From the human T2T-CHM13v2.0 reference genome, Homo sapiens, in NCBI RefSeq assembly GCF_009914755.1, contig NC_060931.1: a DNA stretch of 64,000 nt. One strand, 5' to 3'. Shown here piece after piece: positions 1 through 16,480 of this stretch. Numbering within the stretch: position 1 is the stretch's first letter; each line of letters begins with the position of its first letter. Position numbers and translations under genes: made by a program. Under the pieces are notes generated by a model that saw only the letters and a list, made by a program, of their open reading frames with translations, searched no databases and was not told the origin of the DNA.

Positions 1-224
1 CATGAAAGGTTGTGGTGTGAGAGATCTAAATCTTCCTCTCCCAAGACACGAAGTGACTGGATAATTCCTAACCTTTATAAATCAAGAAATGAAGTATCAT
101 TGAGACTCTTTAGAAGAAGGAACCAGAAGTATAAAGGGAAGTCCTTTCAGGGAAGAAGAATTAGGGGATGAGTAAGGAAATATTTGAGTTTTTTAGTACT
201 ATGGGTCATGTCATGGAAGGACAC

Positions 225-930
225 TGTCATCCAAATTATTACGATAGCCTCCTAACTAGTCTCTCCTCTTCACTGCTCACCCTATGAAGAAGTGAAGTGA
301 AGAAACCAGAGCTCATTTAAAACATAGGTTGTAGCCCTCAGTTCCTCCTTTGATTCCCCAGCTCACTCATGTAACAGCCGATGTCCTGACAAGGCCCGAG
401 GAGGCTGTGCAGGATTGCCCCTCCTCCCTCCCACAGCACACCCTCTCCTGGGCTTGTGTCCTACATTATCCCCAACTCTCCTACTATTTCCCCTTAACTC
501 CAACCTACTGCACTACTTCCCATTTTTAAAACATGCCAGAAGCACTCCTTCCTGAGCGCCCTTTTAGAACATTTTCTCAGCACCTCCAAGAATGCACCTC
601 CAAGAATGCTCACTCTAGATACTCTCCTAGCTCATCTCTTACCTCCTTCATATATTTGTTGAAATGTCACATTTCTCAGTATTCCTTGACCATCCTATTT
701 AAAATTGCAACTATCATCCCCTGTTCCCATCCCCTAAAGTCCTTCTTTCTTCACTTTGCTTTTCTTTTAAGATCTGATAACCTGAGTATCTGAGCCCCAA
801 ATAAATATAAGCTCAATTAGAATATGAGTTTTTATGTTTTTGTTTTGTTTATCATTTAATTTCCCAGTATCTAGAAAAATGCCTGACTTATAATAGGAAC
901 TCAAATATTTATTTTAAAAATTAAATAAAT
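225..930 (+). mobile_element. L2 (LINE-2) 3' fragment
   Basis: Contains 'atagcctcctaactagtctc' and ends in a degenerate L2 terminus 'ccagtatctagaaaaatgcctgacttataataggaactcaaatatttatt'; boundaries approximate. Confidence 0.6.
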
Positions 931-3440
931 TTAACACTTTAATCAGCGTTCATAAGATGCATTACTTTGATTTTAATAATAATGTTTTAAAAAGCAGAAA
1001 AATTAAATGGTTAAAAAATGACATTGCTGTAGACAACATATAATTTGGGTGTTCTAGGGAAGCATTTTTGTTATTTTAAAATTGAAATGGAAATTCTTTC
1101 AATTTTTAGAATACAACCAATACTTCAGGAAGTTATTGGTGGAACAGGGAGACATTTTTAAAGTAGCCACATTTGATTGGGAATATCTGAACTCGCACTA
1201 TGAAACGTGATAAAGAATTATGCATGACTGTATATGTACCACCTACACACATTCACATAACAAAACTAGTGCAGCTCGTTTCTAGAAACTAGCATATGTT
1301 GTTACAGTGCATCTGTTGAATTCCTCATTCATTTAGAATTATTAAGATCTGAAACCAAAATGACTAAAGGACGATGTTTTCATTTTGTTTTCTCACTGAG
1401 GCATGCTCCATAGTGTTCATATAACATTTAATCTACAATAAGATAGCTCCAATAAGTTAAAACTTTCCAAAATTCACACAAGTATCAATTTATACCTACC
1501 ATTGTGTGAAAAGCATAATTAAATTATTAACTTTATCAGTTGTAGATTTGTCACTCTATCTCTGTTTTAAATATATTACCAATTAACTGATGCTATATTA
1601 TACTAAAAAACAATCATGACTCTTCAAAAAGGAAAAGGATATTTAGTACAGCCACCTGTTAGGAGAAGAATGTCTTTGTAGGCTACAGTTCTCATCAGTG
1701 AATGCCATCTTTGGACAACTTGCTTCTACTGTGAGCTGCAACAATGGGATGGGGAATATAGGCTTTCCTGGCTTGTGACATTAAGTGATTTCTTAGTCTG
1801 AAATCCTCTAAAGTTATTGCTTCTATAATGTTTCCTATGTCATATTGTGAAATGTAGCCCTCTGTGTTGTAGTTCAAAAATTTGCAATTAATCACCAGGT
1901 ATGGATTCCACAATTGTTGCTTCATCCCTTAGTTGGAAAAGAGTGAGGCAAGTTTTCCTTCCAGCTTCATATCCTTTTCATTAATGAAGGAACTTGAGTC
2001 TACTGCTCAGTAACATGATGGGTTTTGAGGTAAATTCCCTGACCTGAAGCTACCACAAGCATGAAATCTGCAAGGGGATTCTGAATTTATCTTTTAGAAG
2101 AACAGTAACTATTAGACTCTGGAGAAAATAAATAGCAGCTATAGAATGTATGGAGGACTCCAGGTTGGATTAGAGATGTCAGAAATAACTAAGGTGTTCA
2201 TTTAAGGGCGACTAAGGGAAAATAAAAGGATTTGAGTTGTTTGTCTTGGCTGAAAGCACTTTAAATGGAGAAAAGCAACTACGGCACTTATTTATAAGCT
2301 TAGGTAAGGAATTAAATTGAATTTCACTGAGTACTGTGATAGCTCTTTCCATGGACTTAAAGCCTATATTTTATTGTATTTCATTCTAAGACTGTCTTTT
2401 GACCAAATGAGCTTTTCCAGAATAAAGTATTTCAAAGTCGCATCAGCTCTACCTTGCTCTAAAAGATATCTATTACTGTTTACTACCATAATGAATAGAT
2501 ACATTTTTCATCTACTCAGTGGGAACAGGATCACACTGCTCAGTTTTATAATAATAATTTCACTTATTGCATGTCCATGTGCTATGCACTGTAGATACAT
2601 TATATCATTTGATATTCACAAACATTTTGAGACAGAGGCAATGTTTTCTATAGTTTATTAACGAGGTCATAAAGGTTATAGGACTTTCTTGTGGATAGAA
2701 AACTGGGAGGTGGCAAAGCTATTGCTTGAAGTCACAACTGTTTGATTGGGGGTGATTAGTACTTAGGAGTAAGACAACCAGGCATGTACATCAGAATCAC
2801 ATGAGAATTTTTCCAAAATACACAGCTCAGGCAACACCACAGATTTACTTAGGACCAGAATAGTTGTACTTTGCAGAGCTGCCTGTGTGGCTAAAAACCT
2901 CAGGTCTAAGGGAGGGATCCAAGTTTCATCTCTCCAATGCTGCCATTCACAAATGATGATGAAGGCAGCACTCCAGGCCATGCGTATTTACATAGGACAC
3001 ATGCGGGACCTTTGGTTAGGGTTCTACTTGTATTATCATTGTTCAGTGCCTAATGAGCGTTAATTAAGAAACTCATTTCCCTTACCACCGAGGAGTGGGC
3101 AGGACCAAAGGGTTGGGGCAAAGTTTTGTTTACTCTATCTAGGAAGGGAACAAACAGAGTGGAGCAAAAGAAAACACACAAAAGAATTTAGAAAAGTCAT
3201 TTTTTTTCCAAAAAAAAAAGATATTAGTTTTTTTCTTGGATAAAGTTCTGCGAGATCAGAAAATGCTAGCATAGGGCAGGCAAAACTGTATGTCTATTAC
3301 CTTAGGGTAGTTTTCTGGGCCTGAGAATTAAATTTATATAAGATAGATTAACAGGAGAACACCATACAAATTTATACAAGTTTTATGTGATGTGGGAGCC
3401 CTTGAAAGAAAATGAAGACCCAAAGATGTAGCAAAACCTA

Positions 3441-5847
<2,407 letters not shown>

Positions 5848-6369
5848 AACAGGGTCTGTTTGTAAACAATTTCCTCTGTCTCAACTTCTTGTCCTTGACT
5901 ATAAAAATGTTGCTTTCCTTTGGTATAGAAAGGACATCTTTCACATGAGAATTTCATATCCTGCTTTTAAGAAAAAAAAAAGGTCAGAATGTTTTTCTTA
6001 CAACTGCTGTTTTTCTAGTGCTTTTAGCTCAAAATAATCTGTATGGAAAGTGACATATTTGGGGGTGGCATATTCTGCTAACCTTGACTCGTCTGGTACT
6101 TCCTTCCTGAAACTATGGCTGTTAATTAAAGTGGCCCTGGATGGCTTGAATAACGTGGTCCTGGATAGCTGCCGATGCCTGAGCCATGGAGAGGGGACTA
6201 GCTAGAAGAAGGTCTTGAATCGTCACAGGGAAAGCCATGGAATTGAAATCTCTTGGGCTGGACTGCTGATAATGAAGGAATGGTATTAAAAAATAGCATA
6301 AGCGAAAGACACTGGGTAGTCTCTAGTAGTTTCTCCTGGAGAAAACAATTCCAGCCAGGGGCTGTTTAT

Positions 6370-6490
6370 GTATTTATTCATTAATTAAACAAACATTTAC
6401 TAAGTATTTTCTCTGTACTGGTACTAGGTCCTATGATGCAAAGTTAATTAATCAGCCTGGTTTTTAGGGAGGGGTAATCTAGTGAGTGAA
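6370..6490 (-). mobile_element. L2 3' end fragment
   Basis: 'tttattcattaattaaacaaacatttactaagtatt...gtactggtactagg' resembles the antisense L2 terminus. Confidence 0.5.
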
Positions 6491-7249
6491 AAAGGCCTTC
6501 AAACAAGTAAGTGTAGCCATCTTTTGCATTGCTGATGATTCATCTTGCATTTTGTTTTTTGTGACTTAGAGAGAAACTCTTCTGTCCATTTCTGGAAGTG
6601 AGAAATGTATTATGAAGTAACAAAATAGTACTCACTCCCATCCAGGATGGAAGGCAAATCTTTCTCCTTCTCAAAACTGGACAATTGTGTTTGTGTTCTG
6701 AGAGCTAAGGCCTCTTTATGATAATTGATCAAGCTTTTGTGGATGAATGATCAACCCCAAGTAAGCGAGGGGTAAAAATCAAATTATAGAAGAAAGATAC
6801 TGGGTCCCAGAGTTCAATGTTTGAGTTCAGTCCCTGTGAAAGCTCAGAGTCTGGCAGGAGTCCCAGGAAGAAATGAATTCAGTGGACTGGGATGGGGGGC
6901 ACTATTAGGGTCCTATGTGAGTGAATGCCCAGGAGCTAGAGGATGGACTGGGGATGGGTCATTGAGTAACATCAGCTTCACTCACGGGTCATCCAATCAC
7001 AAGAGCCAACATAATGTCCTGAACACAGCTCAGTCTCTCAACACCTGGTCAAAGCAGTTCTGGGCAAGGAGACTCACAAGACCTAGAGAACAGCGAGGAG
7101 TTTTTGAACCTATACTTTAGGGCTAAATTAGGTAGTAAAAGGACCAGTGAAGGGACATAAAGGAGTGGACACCTCTGGGATATATTATTATATATATAAC
7201 TCCAATATCAGCATTTTCTTTAAGATCACTTCCCTCTACTATAGAGTTC

Positions 7250-7572
7250 AAGAATAGGTGATTTAAACAACGGAAATTTATTTTCTCACAGTTCTAGAAG
7301 CTAGATCAAGGTGCCAGCCAATCTGGTTTCTGGCAAGGATTTTCTTGGCTTGTAAACATCACCTTCTCACTGAGTCCTCACGTAACAGAGAGAACAAGCA
7401 TTTCGGTATATTTTCTTATAAGGGCACTGATACCATCAAACCAGGGCCCCATTCTTATGACCTCATTTAACCTTTGCCAGCTCCTCACAGGCCCTCTCTC
7501 CAAATAGAGTCACATTAGAGGTTAGGGCTTTAACATATGAGTTTGGGGGGAACACCCATTCAGTCCATAACA
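7250..7572 (-). mobile_element. MLT1A/B-type MaLR solo LTR
   Basis: 'aaacaacggaaatttattttctcacagttctag...ttataagggcact...cattcagtccataaca'. Confidence 0.85.
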
Positions 7573-8429
7573 GTGAGTCTATGGACATTTAATTTAAGGT
7601 GTTAATAGAGCCTCAAGTTTCTGGGATCTAGGTTTACAATTGTTTGGGGGTTTTTCTGATTTTAATTCTTTGATTAGCTAAAACAAATACAATTTATAGA
7701 GATAAAACTGATTCAGAGTTATAATTTCCAATCAAATACATTTCCAAGGATAGAAATTTTTAATTTCATAAATAAGTGATTCCCAAATATAAGACTCGTG
7801 CTAGTAGTTCATGTGTTTTATGAGTTCATGATAATGTTTTCTGTTTCCTATTGCAAGAATCAGGTATCAACCTGGGTATCAACTTGCTGCTCCAGTTGAA
7901 AATAGCATATTTACTAAAGATGCTGTTAGCCTTAAGCCTGTTTGTGAGACATTCTTGTGATTACTTTATGCTCATAATGCTTAACTCTTGGAGTTCACAG
8001 TTTGGAAAAATCAGCTGTTCAGTCAGGGAGCTGCTTCAGAGAGTTTAATTTATAAATCTTCTAACTCTTTGGTTTTATAATAACTCAATTATTCTTCATG
8101 TTTTTCTAAGAACTCCCGTTGTATTCAATTTACCTGAAATAGGAACTCTTAATTCTCATCATGTCTGTTTATTATAGTAACTTTAAAAAAATATCTAATA
8201 TAGAAAATTCCAATACCTAATAATTCATTAGAAAGTCCTTAATGCCTTACAACACTATCCAATTTATAGCATGCACCAGTTGAAGATACAAGTAATAGGC
8301 AAAGTAAGGCATATAATGTAACAGAAAACATTTTGAGATTTTTTTATTTCATTGAAACTATACTAAATAGGTTGTATTTTATACTGTTAGAATTTTGAAA
8401 TCATCAAAAAGTAGTAAATTGTTTATAGT

Positions 8430-8528
8430 TTTGCTTTAAATATTAGCCCAGAAGATTTGAAAGGACAAATACATGCAAGGAGATGAATTAGAAGAGTATT
8501 GAGCTGGACTGTTCTAGATGTGGCAAGA
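8430..8528 (+). repeat. 99-bp apparent donor segment duplicated at 11388-11486
   Basis: Ungapped manual alignment, 92/99 identical. Confidence 0.95.
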
Positions 8529-10204
8529 GCTTGAACCAGGGCAGTAATATCAGGGGTGTATCATGTGTTAGTAGTATCAGACGGCAGTATCCTAGTTGAA
8601 TATCTGGGAAATACTCATTAAAAATCCAACAAAATGTTTTATTTCCCCATTATTGCCCAGTTCCATTCCAGGCAAACAATAGTTAGACTTGATGAGACAA
8701 TGAAAGATGGTAGGCTATGACTGGGACTTTTTGAGATCAAGATAATAAACCTATTGTTATCATTTAAGATATAAAATAATTATTATTTTTGATGTCCCAT
8801 CACATGTCAAGAAAAGCACTATGTGCTTCACGTGTTATTCTATGTAATTTATAAAATACTCATAATCACTTGGCAGTTGAATGTTAAATATTGGGATTTG
8901 GAAAGTAACTTGGTGCCAGTTTACTGTTTTATTCACCAGATCATGATTTTCCCAGATTTCTATCTAATCTAAAGTCTAAAGAATATATACCTTCAAAATA
9001 GAACCAGATCCCTGACACTAGGGATCTAGCAAAATATACATAGTTATTATGCATAATATTTTAAATTAAAGCACTGAACATGGACAAGGTACATTATTAT
9101 TAATAATAAAACTATTAATATTTTAAATATAATTTCTAGGAGAAAAATGTGCTATTCAAAAAAGTGTTCTTGCTTTAGTCATAATTATACATATCAAGCA
9201 TTCAAATCAATTAAAATTAAGTCAATAAAAAGGCAGATGTGTACTCAGATCTGGAAAGATACTAACATCGATCACACATAAAAAAAATGTTTGGGTAGAA
9301 CAAGAATCTGGACCATAGTTATTTAAACCACAGATTCAAAATTATCCAGGACATTTACTTGCCTCATTTTTTCTCTATCAGTCAACTTTCTTCCCTCAGA
9401 CTACATTTTTCAGCCAACTAAAAAACAAGCCTCTCTGGCAGCTTCCACTATCACATTTTCTCTATATCTTGACCAGTGTGGGAAAAAGTTCTTTTCGTCT
9501 AGCAAAGTTTAAATAAATAAACACACACATAAATAAACAGTAACAAACTTATATATGGTTTGCCAGGAGGATGAATTATTCTCCAAGACTAGACCAAGGT
9601 AAATCATATTTTAAGCTCTGTGTCTGGGGTGATAGAATACCATGATTATCAGTACAATCAGACCATGACTAGAACCAGGGAAAGACAAATGATTTCCCAA
9701 AAGAAAAGCTTGTAGGACAGGTGTGGGCACTGGAAAAAAGGTGGTATATGGGACAGTCAATCCAGTTGTGGTCTACTGAATCTCCTACTGAGTTATATTA
9801 AACTAGATTATCAATCCTTTCATAAAAATACAGAAAATATTTTATCTTTTATAAGAGCTTAATAAATATTAATATAATTGATGTAAACTGAAGTTAAATC
9901 ATTTGGATATACGCAATAAGTTCATTGTTAAACAATTAGAAAACTTGGATTTTAAAGGAAATTATTTTAAAAGAGCATATTAAGTAGATGGAGAGTCAAT
10001 AAATGATGTTAGAACAACTAGATGGGCTTCTGGCAAAAAGTAAAGGTAAAGTTTTTTCATAACTTTAGCAGAAGAAAATGGATTAAAGATATAAATGTTG
10101 AAATCATAAAAAAACTAAATAATCTATGGTGGTCTAAAACATTACATTGGGGAAGATTTTTTTAAAATGAAATAAAATTCTCAAGTCCAGAAAAAATATT
10201 TGAA

Positions 10205-10293
10205 TATATATATTTGATGCAGATATAAATATATATACATATACATATACATATATACATATATATATTTATATGCATATATATATTTATATG

Positions 10294-10343
<50 letters not shown>
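10205..10343. repeat. Compound (TA/TACA)n + (CA)~23 microsatellite
   Basis: Directly visible. Confidence 0.98.
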
Positions 10344-10345
<2 letters not shown>

Positions 10346-10522
10346 TTCCAAAAAGCAAAGCCAAAGGAAAGGAGTTTGTTTCTCCAGGAGATACAAAGCA
10401 TTGATATATCAATAAGAAAAATGTCTGTCAACCCAGCAGAAACAAACTTGGACAACTCATTGGAAGGAAGAAAGGAAGAAAGAAGAAGGAGGAAAATTCA
10501 TAGAATAAGAAATACAAATAAC

Positions 10523-10804
10523 TTTTTTTTTTTTGACAGAGTGTCACTCTGTTGCCAGGCTGGAATGCAGTGGCAGGATCTCCACTCACTGCAACCTCCA
10601 CCTCCCTGCCATTCTCCTGCTTCAGACTCCCGAGTAGCTGAGACTACAGGCGCCCGCCACCACTCCCAGCTAATTTTTGTATTTTTAGTAGAGACGGGAT
10701 TTCACCATGTTGGCCAGGATGGTCTCTATCTCCTGACCTCGTGATCTGCCGTCCTTGGCCTCCCAAAGTGCTGGGATTACAGGCGTGAGCCACCGCGCCC
10801 AGCC
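10523..10804 (-). mobile_element. AluSc-like SINE
   Basis: Antisense Alu with 'ctgttgccaggctgg'; TSD-like acaaataacttt / acagataacttt. Confidence 0.93.
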
Positions 10805-11154
10805 ACAGATAACTTTTAAAACATGTAAATAGAGATCTATTAAAAGTAGAATTCCTTTTATTTGCCATCAAGTAGATACAGATAATATGCAATATAATAC
10901 TTCGTAATCAAAGTCATGAAGAAACAGCACTTTCAGACACAGAATATAAACTGAAACAACCTCTATGAAGTCTAATTTGAAAATATCAATTAAAATGCAA
11001 AATGCACATTCCCATTGAATACTTAGTTCCATTTTTGAGATTTCACCTATGTTTAATATTATATGTTTTAAAGCTGCTATTTGCGCAAGGGTATTTATTG
11101 TACTCCTATTTAAAACAGCAGGAGAAAAGACTTCACTAGTCTTCAGTAAGCAGT

Positions 11155-11682
11155 TCCTTAGTCCATTCAGGCTGCTATAAGAGAATACCATAAACTGCGT
11201 GACTTATCAACAACAGGCATTTATTTTTTACTATTCTGGAGGCTAGGAAGTCCAGAATTAAAACCCTGGAAGATTCAATACCTGGTGAGGTCCTGCTTCC
11301 TGGTTCATAGATGATTGTCTTTTTGCTGCAATCTCACCCAGTGGAAGAGGTTGTGGCAAAAGATCTCTCCAGAATCAAGGATTCTCCTTTGATTTAAATA
11401 TCAGTCCAGAAGATTTGAAAAGACAAATATATGCAAGGAAATGAATTAGGAGAGTATTGAGCTGGACTGTTCTAGATGTGGCAAGAAAATACACTTTTTT
11501 CCTCCAAGAAAACAAAAACAAAAACACAAGAATCTCTCCAGAATCTTTTATAGGACACTAATCCCATTCATAAATGACTTCCCAAAGGCCCTGCCTCCAA
11601 ATTACCATCACATTGGGGATTAAGTTTCATCATAGTAATTTGCCAGGGGTGGGCCAGGGCAGCAAACATTCAGGCTATAGCA
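11155..11682 (-). mobile_element. MLT1A-type MaLR solo LTR, interrupted at 11377-11531
   Basis: 'cttagtccattcaggctgctataa...' through '...aaacattcaggctatagca'. Confidence 0.85.
11377..11531 (+). other. TSD-flanked, A-tailed insertion containing a copy of 8430-8528 (retrocopy-like)
   Basis: ATCTCTCCAGAATC at 11363-11376 and 11532-11545; tail aagaaaacaaaaacaaaaacacaag. Confidence 0.85.
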
Positions 11683-11815
11683 AATGTGACCATGGTTTAA
11701 TAATAAAATGAAATTTTACTGTACAAATGTATATCAATTTTACTGATATGGAATGACATAATTATACTGATATGGAATGACTTTATTTTTAAAAAATGAA
11801 AAAGAGCAAGGAGCA

Positions 11816-12283
11816 TGTATTAGTTAGTTTTCTAGTGTTCCTGCTCTAACAAATGAACACAAACTTAGAGGGTTAAAATAACACAAATTTATTATTTTAC
11901 AGTTCTGTAGGTTAGATGTTTGAGACATGTCCCATTGGGGCAACTCTTAAGTATTTTCAGGGTTGCATTTATTTCTGGAGACCAAGGAGAGAATCTGCTT
12001 CCTTGCCTTTTCCAGCTTCTAGAGTACACCCACATTCTTTGGCTCATGGCGCTTTTTCTTTATCTTGAAAGCCAGTGACATCACACCAGTCTCTTAGCCT
12101 TCTTCAGTCACTCCTTTCTCTAATCATCTCTAATCACCACTGTGTTCTCTGCCTTTAAGCATTTATGTGATCAGAACTTTATTCACATCTGTAAAGTCCC
12201 TCTTTCCATGTAGATCTACATATTCACAGGTTTTAGACATCAGGGCATGGATGTTTTCAGGGGCCATTATTCTGTCTACCACA
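11816..12283 (-). mobile_element. MLT1D/C-type MaLR solo LTR
   Basis: 'tgtattagt...acacaaatttattattttacagttctg...ggggccattattctgtctaccaca'. Confidence 0.85.
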
Positions 12284-13094
12284 ATACAGAACCATGTGAC
12301 TAGAATGGTAATCATGCTTTTAAAATGATTATATGTATATATATATAATTACATGTGATATTGTTAATGTTGGTTGTCCGAGTGAAAGAAGGGATGACCT
12401 AAAAGCGAGAGAGAGACTTTTTCTTGTTTTTTTTTTTCATTTTTTGTACCTTTTGAATTTTGAATCATTTAAATATTATCATACAAAACCCACATGCTTA
12501 AAGGATACAACCAAGTCTCCTTACAAAATATAAAATGAAGATCAGTGTAGATTGATTTTTTTTACCATCAGAGACTGTGAACCCTAATATTTGATGAAAA
12601 ATACATGTGGCTCAGGAACCTCCCAGGGGCCTGTGGAGGAGCGTCCAGTGGTGAGTGAGCTAAGGCAGAGTGCTAGAATGTGGTCACCCACACAGGGCAG
12701 GAGTAGCAAGGGTTGCCTCATTGATCTGTTCCTGCAGCTAAGGTCTCCCTGTATTTTTATGTTAGCAATTCTACAAGAGCCTGTAGTGAATCTTGCATTA
12801 CAACCAGCCACAAGAGAAAAATAAAGAGGAGTGCAAAAAATTCTCCTTGTTGTATTAATATTATCCCCTTCAGATTGTCAGCTGGTGGATGTTCCAATTA
12901 TGAAAGACAGAACACGGAGGCAAAATAAGAAACGTCTGTCCGTCTCTCAAGGTTTTATACTTGAAACTATGACTTGGGGACACAGATTGATATATAACAA
13001 TAAATACAACCAATAGAGAAGTAAAAGTTTTTCTTATGGAGATTCAGTTAGTTAAAATTAACTAAAGATATTTTTAAAGACTGCATTCCCATCC

Positions 13095-13900
13095 AAAAAT
13101 TCATTAAGAAAATGACAAATAATTGAAAAGACAGTTGAGCAAAGATGCCAACAGGAAACTCACAGATGTGAATACCTAAATAGCTTAAAAACACATAAAC
13201 CACTCAGCCATACTTGTACTAAAAATTAAACACAAATCAAAGTAAAAAGAAATATAATTTTATACTTAATAGATTGGCAAGTTTTAAAATTTAACAATGC
13301 AAAGTATTGATACACAGTTGTAGAATCTTTAACTTTGCAATGCAATTTGGCAAAAACTAGCAAAGGTGAACATACACTATGACACGAAAATTCTACCACC
13401 AGATATACACTAATGAAACTATCATCCGTCCACAAAAAGGCATATAAGATTGCTCATAGCAGCATTGATTTTTAATAGGAAAATAAGAGGAAAAACTCAA
13501 ATGACCATCAAAGAGAAAATAGATACTTGAATTACAATACTGTCTCTAATGGAGTACAGTATTACAGTGAAAAATGTATCATCATGAATTAATCTCACAA
13601 ACAATGGTAATTAGAGAGAAAGCAATCTGCAGAAGAATACATACAACAGGATACCTTATATATTAAATTTTAAAAACATAAAACAACATATGTCAACCTT
13701 TGTAGTGAAAGATGAACATGGGAATGGTGAACACCAAATGTAGAATAGTTATTTCCCTTGGAGACTGTGGTTATATTAGATGGAAGAGGAAAAGGAGATC
13801 AGCAAAGAGTATATCGAGAAATTCAAAAATATTTAAAATATTTTATTTTTAAAGTTTGGTGGTCTTGAGTATTTGTTATATTATTTAAAATATCTAAAAT
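13095..13900 (+). mobile_element. Old L1 (L1ME-type) ORF2 end/3'UTR fragment
   Basis: Degenerate 'tagattggcaa...tcatagcagcattg...aaatgaccatcaa...catgaattaatctcacaaac' motifs. Confidence 0.6.
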
Positions 13901-16179
13901 ATTTTAAAATGTATTAAAATATCAATGCCTTCTATTATTGTGTAAAACTTCAGCTCACATTCTGATTACAGTAAAAATCTATATAAACAAATACAGCTCT
14001 TTTGCTAAAAAAAGAAAGTGAAACAACTCTATTGAGATATACTGTATCTTTCAGTGAGAGAAAACCTACAAATGGTGACTTAACAAAGACCAAGATAGAA
14101 ATGTGTTATACATTATGTATTTTAAGTGTATTAACATTTGCATCATATTGAAGTGTTATAATCTTAAAAATTATATAGTTCTGGTGTTATAATCAATAAA
14201 CAAATCAGTACTAACCCAAAATATTTTTGTAATAATAATTTTTAAAAATGTATAAAATTAACGTCTACAACAGCAGTCAAATATCTGAAAAAATATGCAT
14301 GTCGCTACCTTGAATAGAAATTTGCCTAATTTTGTATTCAATTATTTGTCATTTTTCTTAACGACCAAACTATTTCCCAATGTCCCTTGCAATTAGGCAT
14401 CACAGTGTGGCAGTTCTGGCCAGTGGCTAACAAGCTGAAATAATATGCTCAAATTTATTTTGAGTGTATATAAAGGGAACCGCTATCTTGGTCTTTGTTA
14501 AGTCACCATTTGTAGGTTTTCCCTCACTGTAAGATACTATTTTTATATCAAATATTTATTATTCTTCTAGACAAAATTTACAATCAAACTACAAGTCCTT
14601 CCTCCCTACACCTCCCATCCACTGATCCCTATATAAATTGAAAAATCACATATAATATCTTTGAATTCAGTTTTTCCATCTTACATTTTAGATGATATAG
14701 CTCTGTCCCTATTACTATAATTATAATTCAGCAACATTTTATATTTTTATTAAAATGTTTGATATCTCCTTTTCAACTTTAGGAACACATTACAATTTCT
14801 ATATCTTTATTTATATTTGACATCTCTCAAAGGTGAAGAACATACTAATTATTCTCTTCCACAATTCTGTTTTGTAAATTTCCTATATTCATATTTGAGC
14901 TATACAATTTGATTTTTAGCACACAAAAATTCATTGAATGAATTATTTCTCTTTTCAATGTGAAATAAAATCCTTTGTTTTTTTTAATGCATTTTCCCTT
15001 GAATTCAATTTTTTCATAAATTATGGTCATTGCCTATGCATTTGATTTATAGGTTCCTAATTAGTTTTTGTGTATTCTTTAATTTCCAACCTCTAATTTT
15101 CCTAGATTGTGTTTCTTAAGAGCAGCCTATGGTTGAATTTTTAAAAATATGGGGCTATATTACTTTTATACAGATGTTTCCATAACCTATGTGTTTGGTT
15201 ATTCTCTCACCTATTTTTTTCTCTCTTTTACTACATGAACTATGTTTTGATTCTACATTTATTTGTAATTCATGCACTTGAAATATTCAAATGATTTCCT
15301 TTAAGTTTCTCAAAAACATGATTCATTATATACTTCTCAAGTTAATCAAAAATAAGTCATCTTTTGCTTATTCTCTATATAAGACTATAAAATTAGAATG
15401 CTTTATTTTTATCCCCTACTTTCTACCACCCCACTTTTCTCCCTCCCCCAACACAAACTTAGTGTTCTTACAATAGACTGGTCACTTGTACACAAATAAT
15501 TGCTATTAAATTACATCATATTATACACTTATTTTTAATGGTTCCATTATTATAACCATAATTAGACCAATTATTTTAACCTTATGTTTAATCAGTTTCA
15601 ATATTCTCTACCTGCTTTCTATCTCACGGTATTCTTATGCTTGTGCTTTTAATCTTGGTGTTGTTTTGTTGCCTGAAGTGAGTTTTTCCAAGGTCACTGA
15701 AGCCATATATTTCTAAAATACTTTATGGCCAGGATTGTCTTCTATTTCTATCTTACATAAAAGCAATTCAAAAGAATATATAATTCTTTGCTCATAATCT
15801 TTTCATCATGAATTTAGACTGATCTCTCTTTCTGAACTTTTTTGGTTTTAAACATCTTTAAGAATTCAGTAAAAGGGCCTCTACATAGAAAACAAGTATT
15901 CTATTCAAAATAGTAACAAAATTTTATATGGGCTTTTATAATACAAGAATTGCCTGAAGCTCACGCATTAATCTTCAAGTAAAGAACTTCTTAAAAAGAC
16001 AGTTCTAAGGTACATATGAAACCAATCTTCCAATCCTTATAGGTAAAATATTTTATTTACCTAAATATGTTATTTGTAAGATTTTCTCTTCATCACAATA
16101 ATTCAGATTTTTTTCCTTGCTTATGTTGGTTCAAAGTTGCCTTTTGATTTTTTTGATTTTTTTGTTGTTGTTTTTTCCT

Positions 16180-16480
16180 AGTGCCCTGGGCCCTGGTAAA
16201 CTAACTTGGCTTATATGAACCATAAACGGCTTTCTTGTCCTCTGGTTTCAAGCTGGATTCTACCTAAGGGAGGCACCAGTAGGAGACAGGAGGGCAGAAG
16301 AAAAATGACTCCAGTTTATTTCCCAGGTTTTCTGCCTCCATGCTGTGTTGCTGGAGGTTGACTGCATCCCTCAATGATGGCACATGGCTCTGGACAAGGG
16401 TCACTCACCAGACAGCTACCCTCTCTGGGTTCTGAGTGCCATTTCTCCCTTCCCTTCAGGCCTGAGGTGACTAATGTAAG
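16180..16480. mobile_element. LTR33-like ERVL solo LTR fragment
   Basis: 'cttgtcctctggttt...gggaggcaccagtaggaga...cagctaccctctctgggttctg...cccttcaggcctgagg'. Confidence 0.6.

Noticed and set aside
9006-9027. 8-bp inverted repeat AGATCCCT/AGGGATCT and other tiny duplications (e.g. near 11742, 18862, 19197, 57878)
   Set aside because: They are too short to distinguish from background slippage or chance.
10376-10892. Alu-derived ORFs (also near 26633, 27876, 33274, 50324 and 53905)
   Set aside because: These are standard Alu translation artefacts.
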